From Takakia lepidozioides (lineage: Eukaryota; Plantae; Bryophyta), in contig CM060731.1 in the NCBI GenBank assembly GCA_030704615.1, forward strand, positions 70,184,001-70,248,000: DNA of 64,000 bases, written 5' to 3'. A program made the translations under genes and the position numbers. The notes under the pieces were generated by a model. The model did no database searches and was not told the origin of the DNA. It saw only the letters and a program-made list of their open reading frames with translations. Numbering within the stretch: position 1 is the first letter of the stretch; the number at the start of each line of letters is the position of its first letter. Of the stretch, positions 32,599-46,371 are shown one piece after another.

Positions 32599-34819
32599 TC
32601 ATCTCCAGATGTTGATGAAGATGCTCCGAGTGTAAAAGACGCCAGTACGGAGAGCTCGAGCCTGGGCTCGAGTGGTCAAAGAAGGACCCAGTGTTGTGTG
32701 GTCCACCCTTGCCATCTTGCGTAGCGTTCTAGGCAAGTGCTGGTCCTCTTCCACATTTGCCAGAGCCGGGTTTGTCGCTCTTGCTACGGCTTCATGCAAT
32801 TTTTCAATTAAATCCGATATGTTTGGAAGTGGCAATAACACCTCTGGAATAGGGGCAACTTGGTCACGCCATGTGTTTTGCCAATATTTTACAACACTCG
32901 TGATGGCAGCCTTGAAATTGTCCAACACCTCCTACTGCTGGGGGTCTCTACGCAACTCTGGAGGAAATGGCCCTTCATCCCAACGAGGCACCCAGTATCT
33001 CTCATTCATATCATCCCAATGGATGCTAGCGGCCTCCAACTCCCTCAGAAATAGGTCTCTCCCAATCGGTTCGCGATTGTATGGGTCGTTTTCCGCTGGC
33101 ACCCACGGATCCTCAGGCAGTAGGAAGAATCTTTGTCTGGTACAGCTCCAATGCCCTTCCAAGTTCCGGCAAAAAAAACTCCCTTTGGACTGGGTCTCGT
33201 ATGCCTCTAGCACGCACGATTATTTCCCAGTTGGATGTCACCCAAAAGGTCACCGGATCTTTAACCCTAGATAATATCATAGCATCCAAGGCGTGCATAT
33301 CTCTTGGAGCATCCCATGTCATTGTCTCCTCCCAGTGCTGACAATTTAAAAAATCGTAAGGCGATACATCCAATGACATGTTGTACCGGTTGTACTCGTA
33401 TCCCGTGGGCATATTGTCTTGCAACCCAAACAACTCGTAGAAACGTCGATGGATTGGTGCATGGCAGTCCGGCAATTGGCTGGCTCGCATGGCTGCCGAT
33501 ATGAGACATGTGGGGTGGAACAAATGGCCACATGAACCAAACATATAGCCTCCCTCCGGTCCGTAAGGGTTTAGGCATATTGTGCACACCGTACCATCTG
33601 TTATCCATGACGCTGGATTGCTCCATGGTATCCACGTTCGTTCATCCTCATGAATATCGGATGACATCCTCGGCCTGCTGTCCCACTCCTCATCTACCTT
33701 CAAATCCCAGTTTATGCTCTTATTGGTATCGAAAATTGTATGCACACAGTGCTCAAACGTGACATCCACATCACCCCATGTGGTGAATCTAGTATACTTC
33801 GACGTGAATACATCACGCACAGTGTCGTGCCTTTGCAAATTAGCAGAGATGTTATCTACGCTTCGATTTGACAAACGTGCTGCAAGTTGGAGGGAGGACA
33901 ACGCTTCCTCTATCCGTGTTTCCCGCGATGTTAGATGGTCCGCCCATGTTACCCAATTCCGCCAATTCCCCTTCAACCATGGCCACGATCGGATTTGCAT
34001 GTAGTAACGATATGCAACAGCCCTAGCTTGCTTACGTTCCCCCACAAGTTGCTCTAATTCCTATTCCTAGGCCAATGTAATTTGCACGGCTGAACATTTC
34101 TCAGTTTCCATTATGGGGTCCTTCTATTTTCTTGCCCTTTTCGCCGCAAGTTTTTTTTCCTTAAACCTCGCCGGGTCCAGATCAGGCGTTTGCACTTCAT
34201 TCCCACGCCCGATTGAGTCAACCCTGTCGATGACGCGGTCAATGCCCCTTGGTGGTATATCCAAACGCGCCAATATGTCTTGCTCGTTGGTGTTTGGCCT
34301 CGGGTCCTGAAGCACACCGCGTACGCTGTCGAGAGTCCCCAACCTCATTCTTTCCAGCAACTTCGCTATTTGCCACTGTTGCAAATGAATAATGTCCTGC
34401 AGGTCCTTGATGTGCTGTTCATGTGCGGCCAACTGTTCCTCCAATGGAGAGCATACCTCGTCCCCCTCCACCTCATACGTTGATGGCCCGGCTGCGGAGA
34501 CCTGTTGTGGTATATAATCTGGAGGTTGATCCCCCTGCACCTCCCACACCACCACTGCGTCTGCCTCTCCTCCTTCTTCCACCTCGTCGTTTCCAACCAA
34601 CCGTATGATGTCATGCCCCTGACGTATATATAAGTCTGGGATATCAGAAAACATGTATAGTCTAGTACGTTGTCTCGCAGTGGCAGTTTGCCAATCCACT
34701 GGTCGCAATAAAATCAACTCTGTATACAACATGGCCGCAAATAAATACGGGACCTTATTGTTGACGAGCGGTTGACTCCACAATGTTGTATGTACAAGTC
34801 CAGCCCCTAAAATTGGCAA
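32599..34819 (-). pseudogene. Fragmented intronless gene(s) with a coiled-coil segment and a RING-H2-like finger
   Basis: Chain of same-strand ORFs 34819-34124, 34045-33113, 33213-32932 and 32928-32599. Finger sequence CTICLNPY..SCGHLFHPTC..QLPDCHAPI, with the 7th ligand C>L. Confidence 0.6.
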
Positions 34820-34854
34820 TTCGAGCCCCAGAATGGCAATTTCAGCCCCTGAAA

Positions 34855-35164
34855 TTGGCTATGGGTGAATCAATCATTCCCCTGCCAAATGATTTTGGAT
34901 TGATTTGAAACTTTGCGAGTGTCTTGTACATGCCCTCTTAAAGTTACTGGACAAGTATGATGTCAATGTAAAATGGTTCAAAGGGTGAACCAAACAGTTC
35001 CCCTGTTGGATGATTCATGATTAATCGTTAACGATTGATCTCATATTACACTGGGACCTATCAGAGGGTACATTGAAGACACTGGCCAAGTTTCAAAGTG
35101 AACGAAAATCATTGGGATGGGCAACCATCCGTTGGCCCATTGAACGAATTTCGATTGATCTCAT
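34855..35164 (+). repeat. Direct duplicate of ~31010-31320
   Basis: Near-identical TTGGCTATGGGTGAA..TTCGATTGATCTCAT segment. Confidence 0.85.
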
Positions 35165-36820
35165 GTGACAGCAGCCACAAACGCAGGAAGCCTCGAGACA
35201 TTGAACGGAATATTGGCCTCGTAGAAAAATTGGGCCCACTTCTTCTCCAGAGTCCTCCTGCGTGACAAATTTAAGCCTTCTCGCATTGATTGTTGTCTCA
35301 ATGGCCTGGTCCGTACAAATGTTGGCGTACAATCAGGTGTTGCTCCTGACCCACCGGCTTCTCCACGAACAGCAGACGCCTTGCAAGAATCCCCCTGGGT
35401 ACAACTCTGAGGGACATTTTGATTCGAACATGGAGTGTTTGGCTCAGAAACCGCGGCCACATCAAGAGACGGTGGGATATTGCCTCCACATTGGGCAAAG
35501 TGGGCTTTTACTCGCATGAAGGCTTTTGGGCACAAACTAACCCCTGCATTCTTCCCATCTTTGTAGCCGAGGTGATATAACATGCGATCTTTGCGACCCG
35601 CCAGCTTCAATGCACAGAGATTGCATTGAACATCGTCCTTTTTGTGCGGGTCTACGGTGAACAAAGAGATCCACTCTTCCCTCATCTTCACACCCAAAAC
35701 CCTAACCACAGACTTAAGGTTAAACGAAGAACACTAGTGTACTTGGTAGATTTGTCGAAAAAAATAGAAGTTAGAACAAAATGCGATGGCCCAACACTAC
35801 GATATCAATCCAAGTGGATCAATGCACCATGTAGTATTGTGCTTTTCGACAATTTGCTACAGTGCCTCTGGTGGAAGCCAAAACTGCAAACGGTCCGCAC
35901 CCTCCTCTTGGGCTTACACTCTTGTTCAAGGAATAGAGAACATTCACTCATCACAAAAGTGTTTGTCACAAAAGAAGTGAGGGGCATTGTGACCACCTTA
36001 TATACCCTCCAACCTCCAAGCCTCACACGCTCGACGAATCAGAATCCAATGCTGCGACCGCTCCAAGTCGCACGAGGAAGTCGCATATTATTTTAAAAAA
36101 AAAACTATTGCGACCACCCTCATGCTGGGGGTCGCAGATATTAAAAAACAGAAAATTGTTGCGACCACTCCCCTGCTGGTGGTCGCATTTATTAAAAAAA
36201 AAAAAAATGCTGCGACCACCCCTCTGCTGGTGGTCGCACCTATTAAAAAACAGAAAAATGTTGCGACCACCCCCCTGCTGGTGGTCGCACCTACTAAAAA
36301 AACAGAAAAATGCTGCGACCACCCCCATACTGATGGTCGTAGATATTAAAAAATAGAAAAATATTGCGACCACCCCCTTGATAGTGGTCGCACCTATTAA
36401 AAATAAAATAAAAATTGTGCGACCACCAATAGCGGTGGTTGCAACTGTTTAAGAAAAGAAAAAAATGCGACCACCCCTGCTGGTGGTCGCATCTATTTTT
36501 AAAAAACAAAAATGCTGCAACAACCCTTCTGCTGGTGGTCGCAACTATTAAAAAATAAGATAAATTATGTGACCACCACCATTTGGAGGTCGCACCAATT
36601 TAACAATAATGATTTAAAAATGACCTCAAATACTAGCGGATGGAGTAATTTATAAAACTATTTATTCACTTGCCAAGGTGTCGCTTGGAATACAACGTGT
36701 CCACCTACGTGACATATTTTTCACCTAACTCATGTTTTACTGATTTTTCGGCAAAACTGATGTGACGTTCGTCGCGTCAGCGTCAGGTCCGACGTGACGT
36801 CACTGACGTGTGCAACCCTG
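35165..36820 (-). mobile_element. Second, inverted and truncated copy of the hAT 5' end (terminus, palindrome array, BED-finger region)
   Basis: Reverse complement of ~20813-22466, ending GTGTGCAACCCTG at 36820. ORF 35709-35161 is an unbroken version of the transposase N-terminus. Confidence 0.9.
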
Positions 36821-36837
36821 CCTCACACCACCACATC

Positions 36838-38361
36838 ATTGCCAAAAAATGTACCAAAGAAAAATGTTTGAAAAAAAACGTTCATCCCTTGCTCTATGCT
36901 CACTATTGCAGAACTCTCTATAAAGAGTGCATGAAGTTGAAGATAACTTCACCTTGGAGTGCAAATGAGGGAATAAAATGTGTTTTGGATGTAGACGATG
37001 TCTGTTCATGGTGATATTTTGCATGCAACTCTTCATATTGTTATCAAGCATATGGCTGCAGAATGGAATTAAAAACAATTCATGTGTAGACGAAAGGTTG
37101 TTTCTCGTCTATACGACACATACCTCCGTTATGAATTTGAATAACCCATTCAAACAACTTTGTTGGAATTCAACTTTGGTCCATATGTGCTTAAGTACGT
37201 ACAAATCACATACACAAAGTTGCAAGCGAAGAAAAAATCATTTGCCCCCCGAACGACTCGTTAAACCTTTCAACCAATTTTCAAACATGAATCATTTAAT
37301 AGAGGAACTATGGGTTCACCCTTAGAACCATTTTAGATTGACCTCATACTTGTCCGGTAACTTAAAGAAGGCATGTACAAGACACTCCCAAAGTTTCAAA
37401 TCAATCTAAATCATTTGGCAGGGGAACGATTGGTTCACCCATTGACTCGGTGTACACTGTCACTTTTTAAGATTCGTGGGTGTGGTGCTTGATTATCCCA
37501 TATGATGGACCCTGGTGCCATGACCAAGTAACAAACCATTAAAACATTATGGTATGAGTCAAACACAATTGAAAATAATATTTATTCAAACATGATGTAC
37601 AGTCAGAGGTCTACAAGTTTATATCCATCATCCAGCAATTTTTGGGCTCGGGCCAATTGAATAGCCCCGTCATGAAACGTTTCACAACATTTTTTAGTTT
37701 TTACCGCAACCCTACTGTGTTTACACACAAGTTTTTCAGAGCCGAAGCAAAACAGGTTCCAATAGACATATTGTTGAACAGGCTTGCATCGAACATGTTA
37801 CCCCCATTTATTGTCTAGGCTATCTTCCCAATTGCAAAGGTTTCTGATGGCACGGTTAGAGGGGGCCTACGAGGTGTGTCATCTGACTAGTTGTTGGCTA
37901 CATTATGGACAATTGCAATTTCAGGTGCAATCCACCATTTATGTGCGAGAGTCTTTATCATCTTGTCTCTGCTCTCGAAAATGTACAACGTGGTTTTTGG
38001 GTCATCCGTCGTGAAGGCCATCCCCCAATCGTATACCCCAATGTACACATCTTCAGACCCTTGTGGAAAATGCAACAACATGTTGTCGGGGAACATGTCG
38101 TTGTGCAAAGAGGTGGACGTTGAGCATGATGTGCAAAAGCGCCCATGCCAATTGGGTGCGATTCTGTTGGAATCGAACCAGTCGGTTTACCTCCTGCATT
38201 TCCTGCTCTGTCTCCCGTCGTTCCATTAACTCCATGTTATCCCAATCATTCCCCCATTTCCTGTCAATACTCAACCATGATCGTATGGTCCCCCCCATTC
38301 CACCAATGTGTGTAACCTTCATTTCGACATGGATACAACGCAAAATACTTTATGATGCCGA
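36838..38361 (-). repeat. Inverted duplicate of ~28972-30421, including the kinase C-lobe
   Basis: Colinear reverse-complement similarity. Encodes LHNDMFPDNMLLHF..VYIGVYDWGMA..WWIAPEIA. Confidence 0.9.
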
Positions 38362-39039
38362 ATCTTTATGTTTAAAACTATTCAGCTTTGGGGTGATCCG
38401 AGATTGTCTCATTTTTTTACAACCAATTAAATGAGTTGCAAAAATTGAAGTCATTAAAATAACTGATTACGCCAAATTGAACAACGGACATTGAGACAAA
38501 TAACACACAAGAACCAGCAGAACATAGGAACTGTAATGCATGATTCCATGAGCAGAATTAACCCCTCCTCCGATACTCCATCATGGCAAACCAGCTTTCA
38601 TTGACAAGCTTAATCTCTCTTGACAAATCCAATATCGTATGGTGATGAGGAGCACCGAGTAGGCCCAGTTGTCAGTTTGTCAGTCTGCCTACTCATTTTT
38701 GTCACCTCCCTCCGCTACAAGAAATCAGAGCTGAAGTTGTGGTCATCGACGATCACGACATCTACCCAAATTCAAATGCAAAAACAAAAACTCAGAAATC
38801 AGAGCAAAAGTGATGATCGTCGACGATCATCACGACACCTATCTAAATGTCGAAAACAAAATATAGAATATAAAAAATACTAAAAAAACTCAGAAATGAG
38901 TATTATAGTATTAGAGGCGGTTGCTCTTCATTGTGGATCTGATCAGCATGCCTGGATCAGATCCACAAACAATGGATCAACGTGCCTGGATCAAACAATG
39001 ATATCAACGTTCTATAGGTCTCTTTTATTTGTGATAGGC

Positions 39040-39400
39040 TAAGTGCTGATGCTAATGATCCTGGGTTTGTGGTTAATGGAGTGTAATATTATCGCTATTA
39101 TCTCCTGACCGACGGGATATATCCCAAGTGGTCGTGTTTCGTGCAAATGATGCATAACCCTTAGGATGAGAAATGACAGTACTTCGTGCAAATGCAAGAG
39201 GCACTGCGCAAGGATGTGGAGCGCACAATCGGGGTTCTATGTACAGTCGCGTTGGGCTATTGTCTGTAATCCCTGCAAGCATTGAGACTTATCTACAATG
39301 ACGGATATCATGCTAGCTTGCGAGATACTACATGTCGTGCGCGTATATATCGCTACACAACTATATCGTTGTCCAAAACGATGGTCAGCGATGTAGACAA
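39040..39400 (+). mobile_element. PIF/Harbinger transposase remnant
   Basis: FVVNG..YYLLTDGIYPKWSCFVQ..QEALRKDVERTIGVL/SRWAIV..DIMLAC, with several stops. Confidence 0.85.
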
Positions 39401-39811
39401 CGATGTAGTTGAACAAGCTCATTTTCTTCGTGAAGCTCACAAAAACGAATATGAAAATACACACATTTACAATCTTGGTGCACCTGAACTTCTCATGCGT
39501 ATTCCCTGGCTCTTGGGCGCCTCGTTGCTGCCCTTCCAGCCCTGCTCTTGCCACTCCAAGAACCCTTACACTGCTAGAGTTTCAGATTGAAACTCCAATT
39601 CAATATGCTCCATAAATTAGTGCACTGATTTGCACACAAGAGGGACCAACCCTCTCTCTTCACTCATACCTCTTCGTGAGCTTGAAGTTGAAGCTCCAAC
39701 AGGCTGCGATCCGCATGTAGCATCCTCGCAGCTCTTGCGGTTCTAGTGTGAAGCGGAGGAGATGCTGGCTACGAGTGGGTGAACTGTGGCCGTCTTCTTC
39801 AGCTGTAGGTC

Positions 39812-40662
39812 GAGTACAACAGATCGCGGTAGTTATGACTGCCAAACCGTGGTAGTCATGGTTTTCTTGACTTTGACCATGACTGCACCATGTTTTTATA
39901 TAAAATTGACCTCCCGCAGTCGTTCATACAACTGTAGTCATATGAACGACTATCTAAGTAGTCGTCTGTATGACTACATGGCTCCGGAATGAGCGGAAGG
40001 CTGGTCAACGATAATTGACCAGATTTAGCTCACCATTCATAGTCATTTCCATGACTACAATGTACATGGATGAGGTTACATAGTCATGATGACTACTGAG
40101 ATTTGTATTTCGGTGTGTATAATACAATCGAAACACCATATGATCACATGAATGACTAATGGGTGTATTGGTTAGCAGGTAGTGAACTATGACTCTTATA
40201 GTAAAGAGGTTGCAGGTTCAAACTCCTCTAAGTACAATCAAATGGATAAGATGGCCCTAGGGTTAATAGGCGAGCTAGGGATAGCACGTGGTACCCTGGA
40301 TGGGCTGCCACGCGGTTTTAAAAATAAAAGAAAAAATACATTATGCCACGTAGCACAATGCGGTGCGACGCGACATCTGACATATGTTTTAATTTTTTTT
40401 AGTTTTTTTTTTAAATTTAACTATTTTTTTTAATCAATTGCGTCTTGCCACGTGGTGCGGCAGCGCCGACTGGAGTATGATATATATGACTACGGTGAGA
40501 GATATCACTTGGTTCATCTGACTGTAGTCATCCGGACCTACAATCGTGTACTCATTGTATTCACTTGGTTTGTACGACTTACAGTCATAGAAGTCATATG
40601 TATCGTTTATGACTGCAGAATAGTCATATATACAGTCATAAATACCGCGATCTGTTGTAGTG
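39812..40662. mobile_element. Non-autonomous CACTA-like element
   Basis: The right end reads CACTACAACAGATCGCGGTA on the minus strand; the left end reads GAGTACAACAGATCGCGGTA. Many internal ATGACT/AGTCAT subterminal motifs. The 3-bp TSD is not preserved. Confidence 0.7.
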
Positions 40663-42128
40663 CGCATACTCGGTTGCCATAGCGTTGAGCTATGCAACAC
40701 CGCTCTTCAACACAGGCTGACTGTCTCTCTATCCATTGCAAAACCTGCAACCTGTTCGCCTTTTGCACCATATCCGCTTTGGAAAAGCTCATGCACGGAT
40801 CCCTGCACTCTGTGCTGAATCGCTTCTCATCAAAAAACACACAAGTGCTACAATTAACTCGAACCTGGCACTCACAGATTCGAGCTCATTTTTCTCGAGT
40901 GATAAATAAGAAGAATACAAGCTCACACGAGCTCACACAAACTGATGCGTATATAAAATCATCACTCAAATACAAGTCGAGCCAAGTGTACCCCACGCCA
41001 TGTGGAATCCACATTACGGCGCCATAGCTAAGTGCAGTGAGGCTCAATTCGAGAAAGATGAGCCCACCGCGATCTACCGTGAAGATAACCACTCCAGGGC
41101 CTAAACCTATCTTGGCTCCTGGATTGACACTTGGGTCAATCCCAAATGTCAATATATAAAAGCTAGCTATTTTCTAGCTAATTTCACACTAGTGATAAAA
41201 TAACTTGACAGACATAACATGGTCATAATTGAGAATCAGGCTGGTCTCAACTTGGAGCCTCTGATTACATCTTCCCCTCCTATACAGATAAGACATGGTA
41301 TCACCTTTCAAACACTTTTGGAGTGGAGATAGAGAGTACATCGGCTCATTTTAAACTACAGATAAACTTGGTTGATCATCTTTAATTTGGGCTATCAAAG
41401 GCAACTCCATGTACTGACCTGATTTGAAGTTCCAGGGCTATAAGCATACACAAGTTCTCATACACAAAAAATACACTCAATCTGCTTCCAAATTACTATC
41501 AAAGTAGTTGTAGAATTGACATAGATGTAAAAACACAAGTTATATAGCCTACATGTGGCCGAAATCTGCATATGTCCGATCCAAACTACATACAAATGTC
41601 ATAACCCAACTCTAAAATGTAACAAGTTATTGAATTCTGCCCAAAACGGCTCAGACTACCGTCAGATACTTGATACACAACTCTGAAATTTAGAAAAGAG
41701 CCCAATATTTGCCCGTACATATATCTGATTGCATTCAGATAGAAAAACCCAACTTTGAATTGGACCAAATAAACGAATCGTGCCCAAAAAACGACCAGAC
41801 TTGCTATAAATGCAAATTAAACCCAACTCTAATTTCACAAAACTGGTCGATATTTGCCTAATTCTACAATATCTGATTGAGTTCAGAAAGCAAAACCCAA
41901 CTCTGAATCTCATAAACATTACGCACATGTATACGATATTGAAGCTGATTTGAGCAAAAAAAAATGATTTCATCACCGAAAAGAGCCGTGTTCGTTATTC
42001 ATTAATTTAGAGCACATTACACAGATTCCCCCTATGTGATTGCACTATAATCAAATATTATGTGTATTGGGTATTCAGATCGAAGCCTCATTGGCTTTCA
42101 TCAGCCAACCTAGTCACATAATACGAGT

Positions 42129-43200
42129 TTATAACTCTGGGCTGTTCTCGTCGTCGATGATATCTTCTGGGTTCAACGCAACATGCGAAATGTTGTCGCT
42201 AGACAGTTGGGGAGGAGATGTGGCTTGTGGGGCATGCAGAAATAGGGGCGATGGAGCTAGGTTGGAGCTGGGTTTGGAATTGTCGTGGGAGTAGCAATGG
42301 GCGTTGGGGCAAGTGGCGGAGGAGGTCGCTGGCAGGCTGTTTCTGCAGCTTCCTCTTTTGCAATGCAATGACACAACTTGTTCAACTCCTCCCTCTTTCT
42401 CAACGAGGTACTTACGGACATCCTCCCCCTTAATTGCTTCCAGAGGCATCGAAAACAACTGCAAAGCAATCTGATAGGCAATGATATTCGTTTTTTGTAA
42501 ACTGGGTTTTGTTATATCAGTTGTCGCTTGTGGTTGAGCATGACGAGGTTGCATTTCCGAGAGCGAGGTATTCGTAATTGGTCCTTTGCTGCCTTACTAC
42601 CTTGCGGTCTGCTGTGTGCTACAGGCGGGGGCAAATCTGTAGGTGGATCCTTAATGTCTAGAGGTCAGTCACACTTGGGGGGGAATCCAATTGTCCACCT
42701 TATAAGAAATCAAAATGGGCAACCACGATCGCTGATGCCGATCGTTTCGTCGTAAGGATTTTGATACAACCTTCCGAACGTCTTGAGGAGCCTCTCCCCA
42801 ATGAGGCACATGCCTCAAAACAAGCTAGCAATGCATATAAACGAAATTAGGCTTTTCTAGGTTCTTAACTCGGTACAACTCGAAGAGCTCTCTGAAGGAC
42901 GTTGGACATCGTCTAGACTAGAACTTGATTCACAAACGCTCAGAACTTGCTGATAAACACCTGCAAACTTAGACACATCGTGCTTTAATATATGACCCCA
43001 CTTTGTCTCTAGAGACCTAACTGGACGAGCACCGCAGCCTTGAGGAATGTGTGCGTTATAATGTACTCTGACTCTCTCCCAAAATGCTTGATTCTTCTGC
43101 CCGTTGGCGATAGAATGATCTTGGTTGATGTGCAGATAACTTCTACAAAGCTGCCTTTCCTCATTATCATTAAATTCTTGCCCTTCATCCCTCTCCCTGA
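42129..43200 (-). mobile_element. PIF/Harbinger Myb/SANT-like ORF remnant, convergent with the transposase remnant
   Basis: FNDNEERQLCRSYLHINQD..NGQKNQAFWERV..RSLETKW..VSKFAGVY. Confidence 0.8.
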
Positions 43201-44439
43201 GACAGAGGTGAGGAGAGACTGCCAGTCCATCGAACAATATGACCGTTGACCTACCAAATCTGACAATAACATACAATTTTATAGGTCAATAAAAGAGCAG
43301 TAGATGCCGTGGGAGAGGGGATGAGTTGAAGCGTGGACAATGCTACTGGGGATGTGGGAAGGCAGCCGAAAGAACAATCCGTGTCATTTTGAAGTTGGTA
43401 GCATTTTTTTTGGCACTGTTGGGCATGCTCTTAGAGTTTCTCTATTTTGGTGGCGGCATTCCATTTAGTTATGGAATAGATTTTTTAGAAAGCAAGTCGG
43501 TTGGAGCATGCTAGATGTTGGTATATTTATGGGGTTTGTGATTGAGGATGGAAGGATTCCCTTGGGAGACAGTAAGATATTTGCTCTTGTGGGAGATATT
43601 TGCTAGCTCAATTCACAAAAGATGAAAGGTGAGAGTGGGGGAACCTTAAATGAACAGTTTAATGAACACGTAGAGGAACCGTAAATGGACAGTTTAGCTA
43701 GTTCGCATGGATAGGTTGATCAGAAAAGAATGTGAAGAATTTTCATGGGTTAGCAAATAAAAAAGAAATAAGAGTGCAATTTGTTTCATGAATTATAGTA
43801 AAGATTTAAATTTGATATGATTTTTCTAAGTATGGTACTAGTAGACACCTATTTGTGACACATAGGGCCCCCCAAAAATGCACAATAGTTAGCCTAGAAT
43901 GGTTACTATGTCATCCATTAATAATTTTATGTGGTCCTAAAGTGGACATCAAGTTAGTCTATAACGAATTAAAGTCAACCTGAAAAGGACATTAAGTACC
44001 GTCCCTGGACAACCGTTTAGGATAATTAATTCAAAATGGAAGCGCCTAGCCAATTCTGTGAATTTTTCAGATTTTGGCCTAATTCTTCGGGAACTATGGG
44101 ACCAAAGTGCCTAATTCCTAAAAATTCCAGCAAAAAACTTGCAAGCCTCTTCTCATGTTGTTTGTAATAAGATGAAAATAAGATGAAAAAAAAACGAAAA
44201 TTTCATTGAACAAAAATCAATACAAATATATACATGCGGAAATAACTTCCTACAAATTGCAATCTATTTGTGAGAGCTCCATGTAACTTCGAAAGGCCCC
44301 TGCATGGACAATGTCATCATATTCATCTTCCTCGCTAATCATCATGATCTCTCCATCTACCTTGTCCACCACATTGAGATCAAGGATCTCCTCATTTTCA
44401 ATGTGCAGATTTGCAAGACATCTACACATAGTTTCCTCT

Positions 44440-44810
44440 ACACTAAGGTCAAGGTAGATATCATGGATATCCTGAGTGTCTTCAACAATCCGTCCACCAA
44501 ATCATCATTCACTACGAACAAATTGTGAACAAAATTTGCTCGCATAGCTTCTCCCTGGAAAGTGTGCTCAAAAGCCCGTAAAATCCCACATTGTTCCCAC
44601 CCAAAGACAATAATGTCTGTATGCACATTCACTTGCATCCAAGCCTCCCACATCCAAATACATGTTCACGCATGGAAGACAAGTCCGTCTTCACCACTAC
44701 CTCAGCGGGCACACCTGCTTCCAATTGCGATTGGATTTCACGTGCTGACCATGTCTTGAATAGTGCAGCAAAAGCACACTTGAGAGATCGTTGCAAGATC
44801 ACATCGCTTC
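44440..44810 (-). mobile_element. pogo-like (DDE_1) transposase C-terminal remnant
   Basis: DVILQRSLKCAFAALFKTW and WEAW..IIVFGWEQCGI motifs across a frameshift. Confidence 0.45.
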
Positions 44811-45158
44811 CGACTTGGAGCACCACGTACAAGAAAGAGGGGCTTAGGGTTTCAAAGGAAATGAATGATAGCTGGAGCTTGGAAGGGCCTCTGGGCATTG
44901 GGTTTGTATTTTGTATTTTTACTCTTAAGAAAATAATTTTTTTCTCTTCTCATGTGCCTAATTCTAAAAAATTATAGCATGAAGATGCCTAAAATGAGAA
45001 ATGGTTTTTCATAAGTGCCTAATTTTTTGAATGATTGATTTTATTATTAGGTGCAAAAATTAATAAATTACGGTTGTCTGTAGACATGAATGAGGCTTGG
45101 TACCAAATGGGAATGTGACAGTGCATGTCACAAATGTCATTGCAGAGACATGCCTCCC

Positions 45159-45270
45159 CATTGACCAAGTACCAACTTCATGTTCCCTAAATGCATTCCC
45201 TAAACATTTCCGCGCATTGACCAAGTACCAACTTCATGTTCCTTAAATGCGTTCCCTCAACATTTCGGCA
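45159..45270. repeat. Two tandem copies of a ~56-bp unit
   Basis: CATTGACCAAGTACCAACTTCATGTTCC..AACATTTC repeated. Confidence 0.8.
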
Positions 45271-46371
45271 CAGTATCTTCAAACTCTGTAGCCCAAGATA
45301 TGGTTCCCTAAATTGGCAGCAAGCTTTACTACACCTTTTTACTGCCATCTCCCCACCCTTAAGTTGAACTTTGAAATTGCTAAGTGAATATAATTAGTAA
45401 CTAAGAGTGCTATGGATAATTAATTAGTTTGACATTAGGCATTTAATTAATCGAGGTTCTCTTTGGCGGACCTCTTGGCCCGCAGACCCATAACATAAAT
45501 GACATTTATGTACTCTTCCTTGAACCTAAATATGTCACACACAAGATTCAATTTGGTCCCCACTTGCTTGGTGTCACTTTCAGGTCAAAACCTGCCACTT
45601 TTTTATACAAAAATAGGTGTCCATTTAAGGTCGCTCTCCATTTAAGGTTCCCCTACCTTAGGTGGGTGGGTAGTTGATTTACAAGTTTGCAGGTAAGTTC
45701 ACATGCAATATTTCCATCATTTACTTTGTTTTTTTCATTAATCTTGGAAGCAACAACTGAGTGGTGCCAAAAGGGTTCAGCAGCGAAGGCTTGGGAGTAG
45801 AGGGGGTCAGGGGAGAAAAGGGACAGGATTTCTCATCTACCACCAACCGTAACAATCCTCTAATTTCGAGGTTCGAAACAATTCTCATACTCAACCCCTT
45901 CACAAATATGAAATTGGGTTTGAGAGAGTTGGACAGATACACTCACAATTGAACAAGAATCTGCTTAAAATGTGCTTACTTTACTGCTTTACCAAACCAA
46001 CTGCCCTTTAGATCCCAAGAGCCACAAGAGAAGCCCCAGGAAATACCAATTATGCTGCTCACAGCTCATTCCACACTTTAGCTGTCATGCAATCAACCCT
46101 CAAATTTCTCCACTTAGACCCGGGCACAGATGGGAGGAGGTAAGAGCGACAAGTAAGATGCTTGCTTGGGAGACCGAGGAGAGAGTAAAGGCCATAGAAG
46201 GAGACAACCGCCTCTAAGGGGAAGTTGTAATTTTCTGGCAATGCAAGAGTGTTGATGTACAGGCGTGAAGCTCCCAATGTGGGCATCAAAACTTAAAGCT
46301 TCGTAGAAGCTCCACTTGGTGTGTACTTCTCATGATCCAATGTGATCCAATTACAGATTTACAAATTTATA

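Noticed and set aside
20813-36820. Single 16-kb element with 1.65-kb TIRs
   Set aside because: Both arms are 5' ends that include transposase coding sequence, and the flanks show no TSD. It is treated as two copies or a rearrangement.
40165-40230. tRNA-like sequence with GGTTCAAACTCC
   Set aside because: It is degenerate and lies inside the CACTA-like element, with no complete stem structure.
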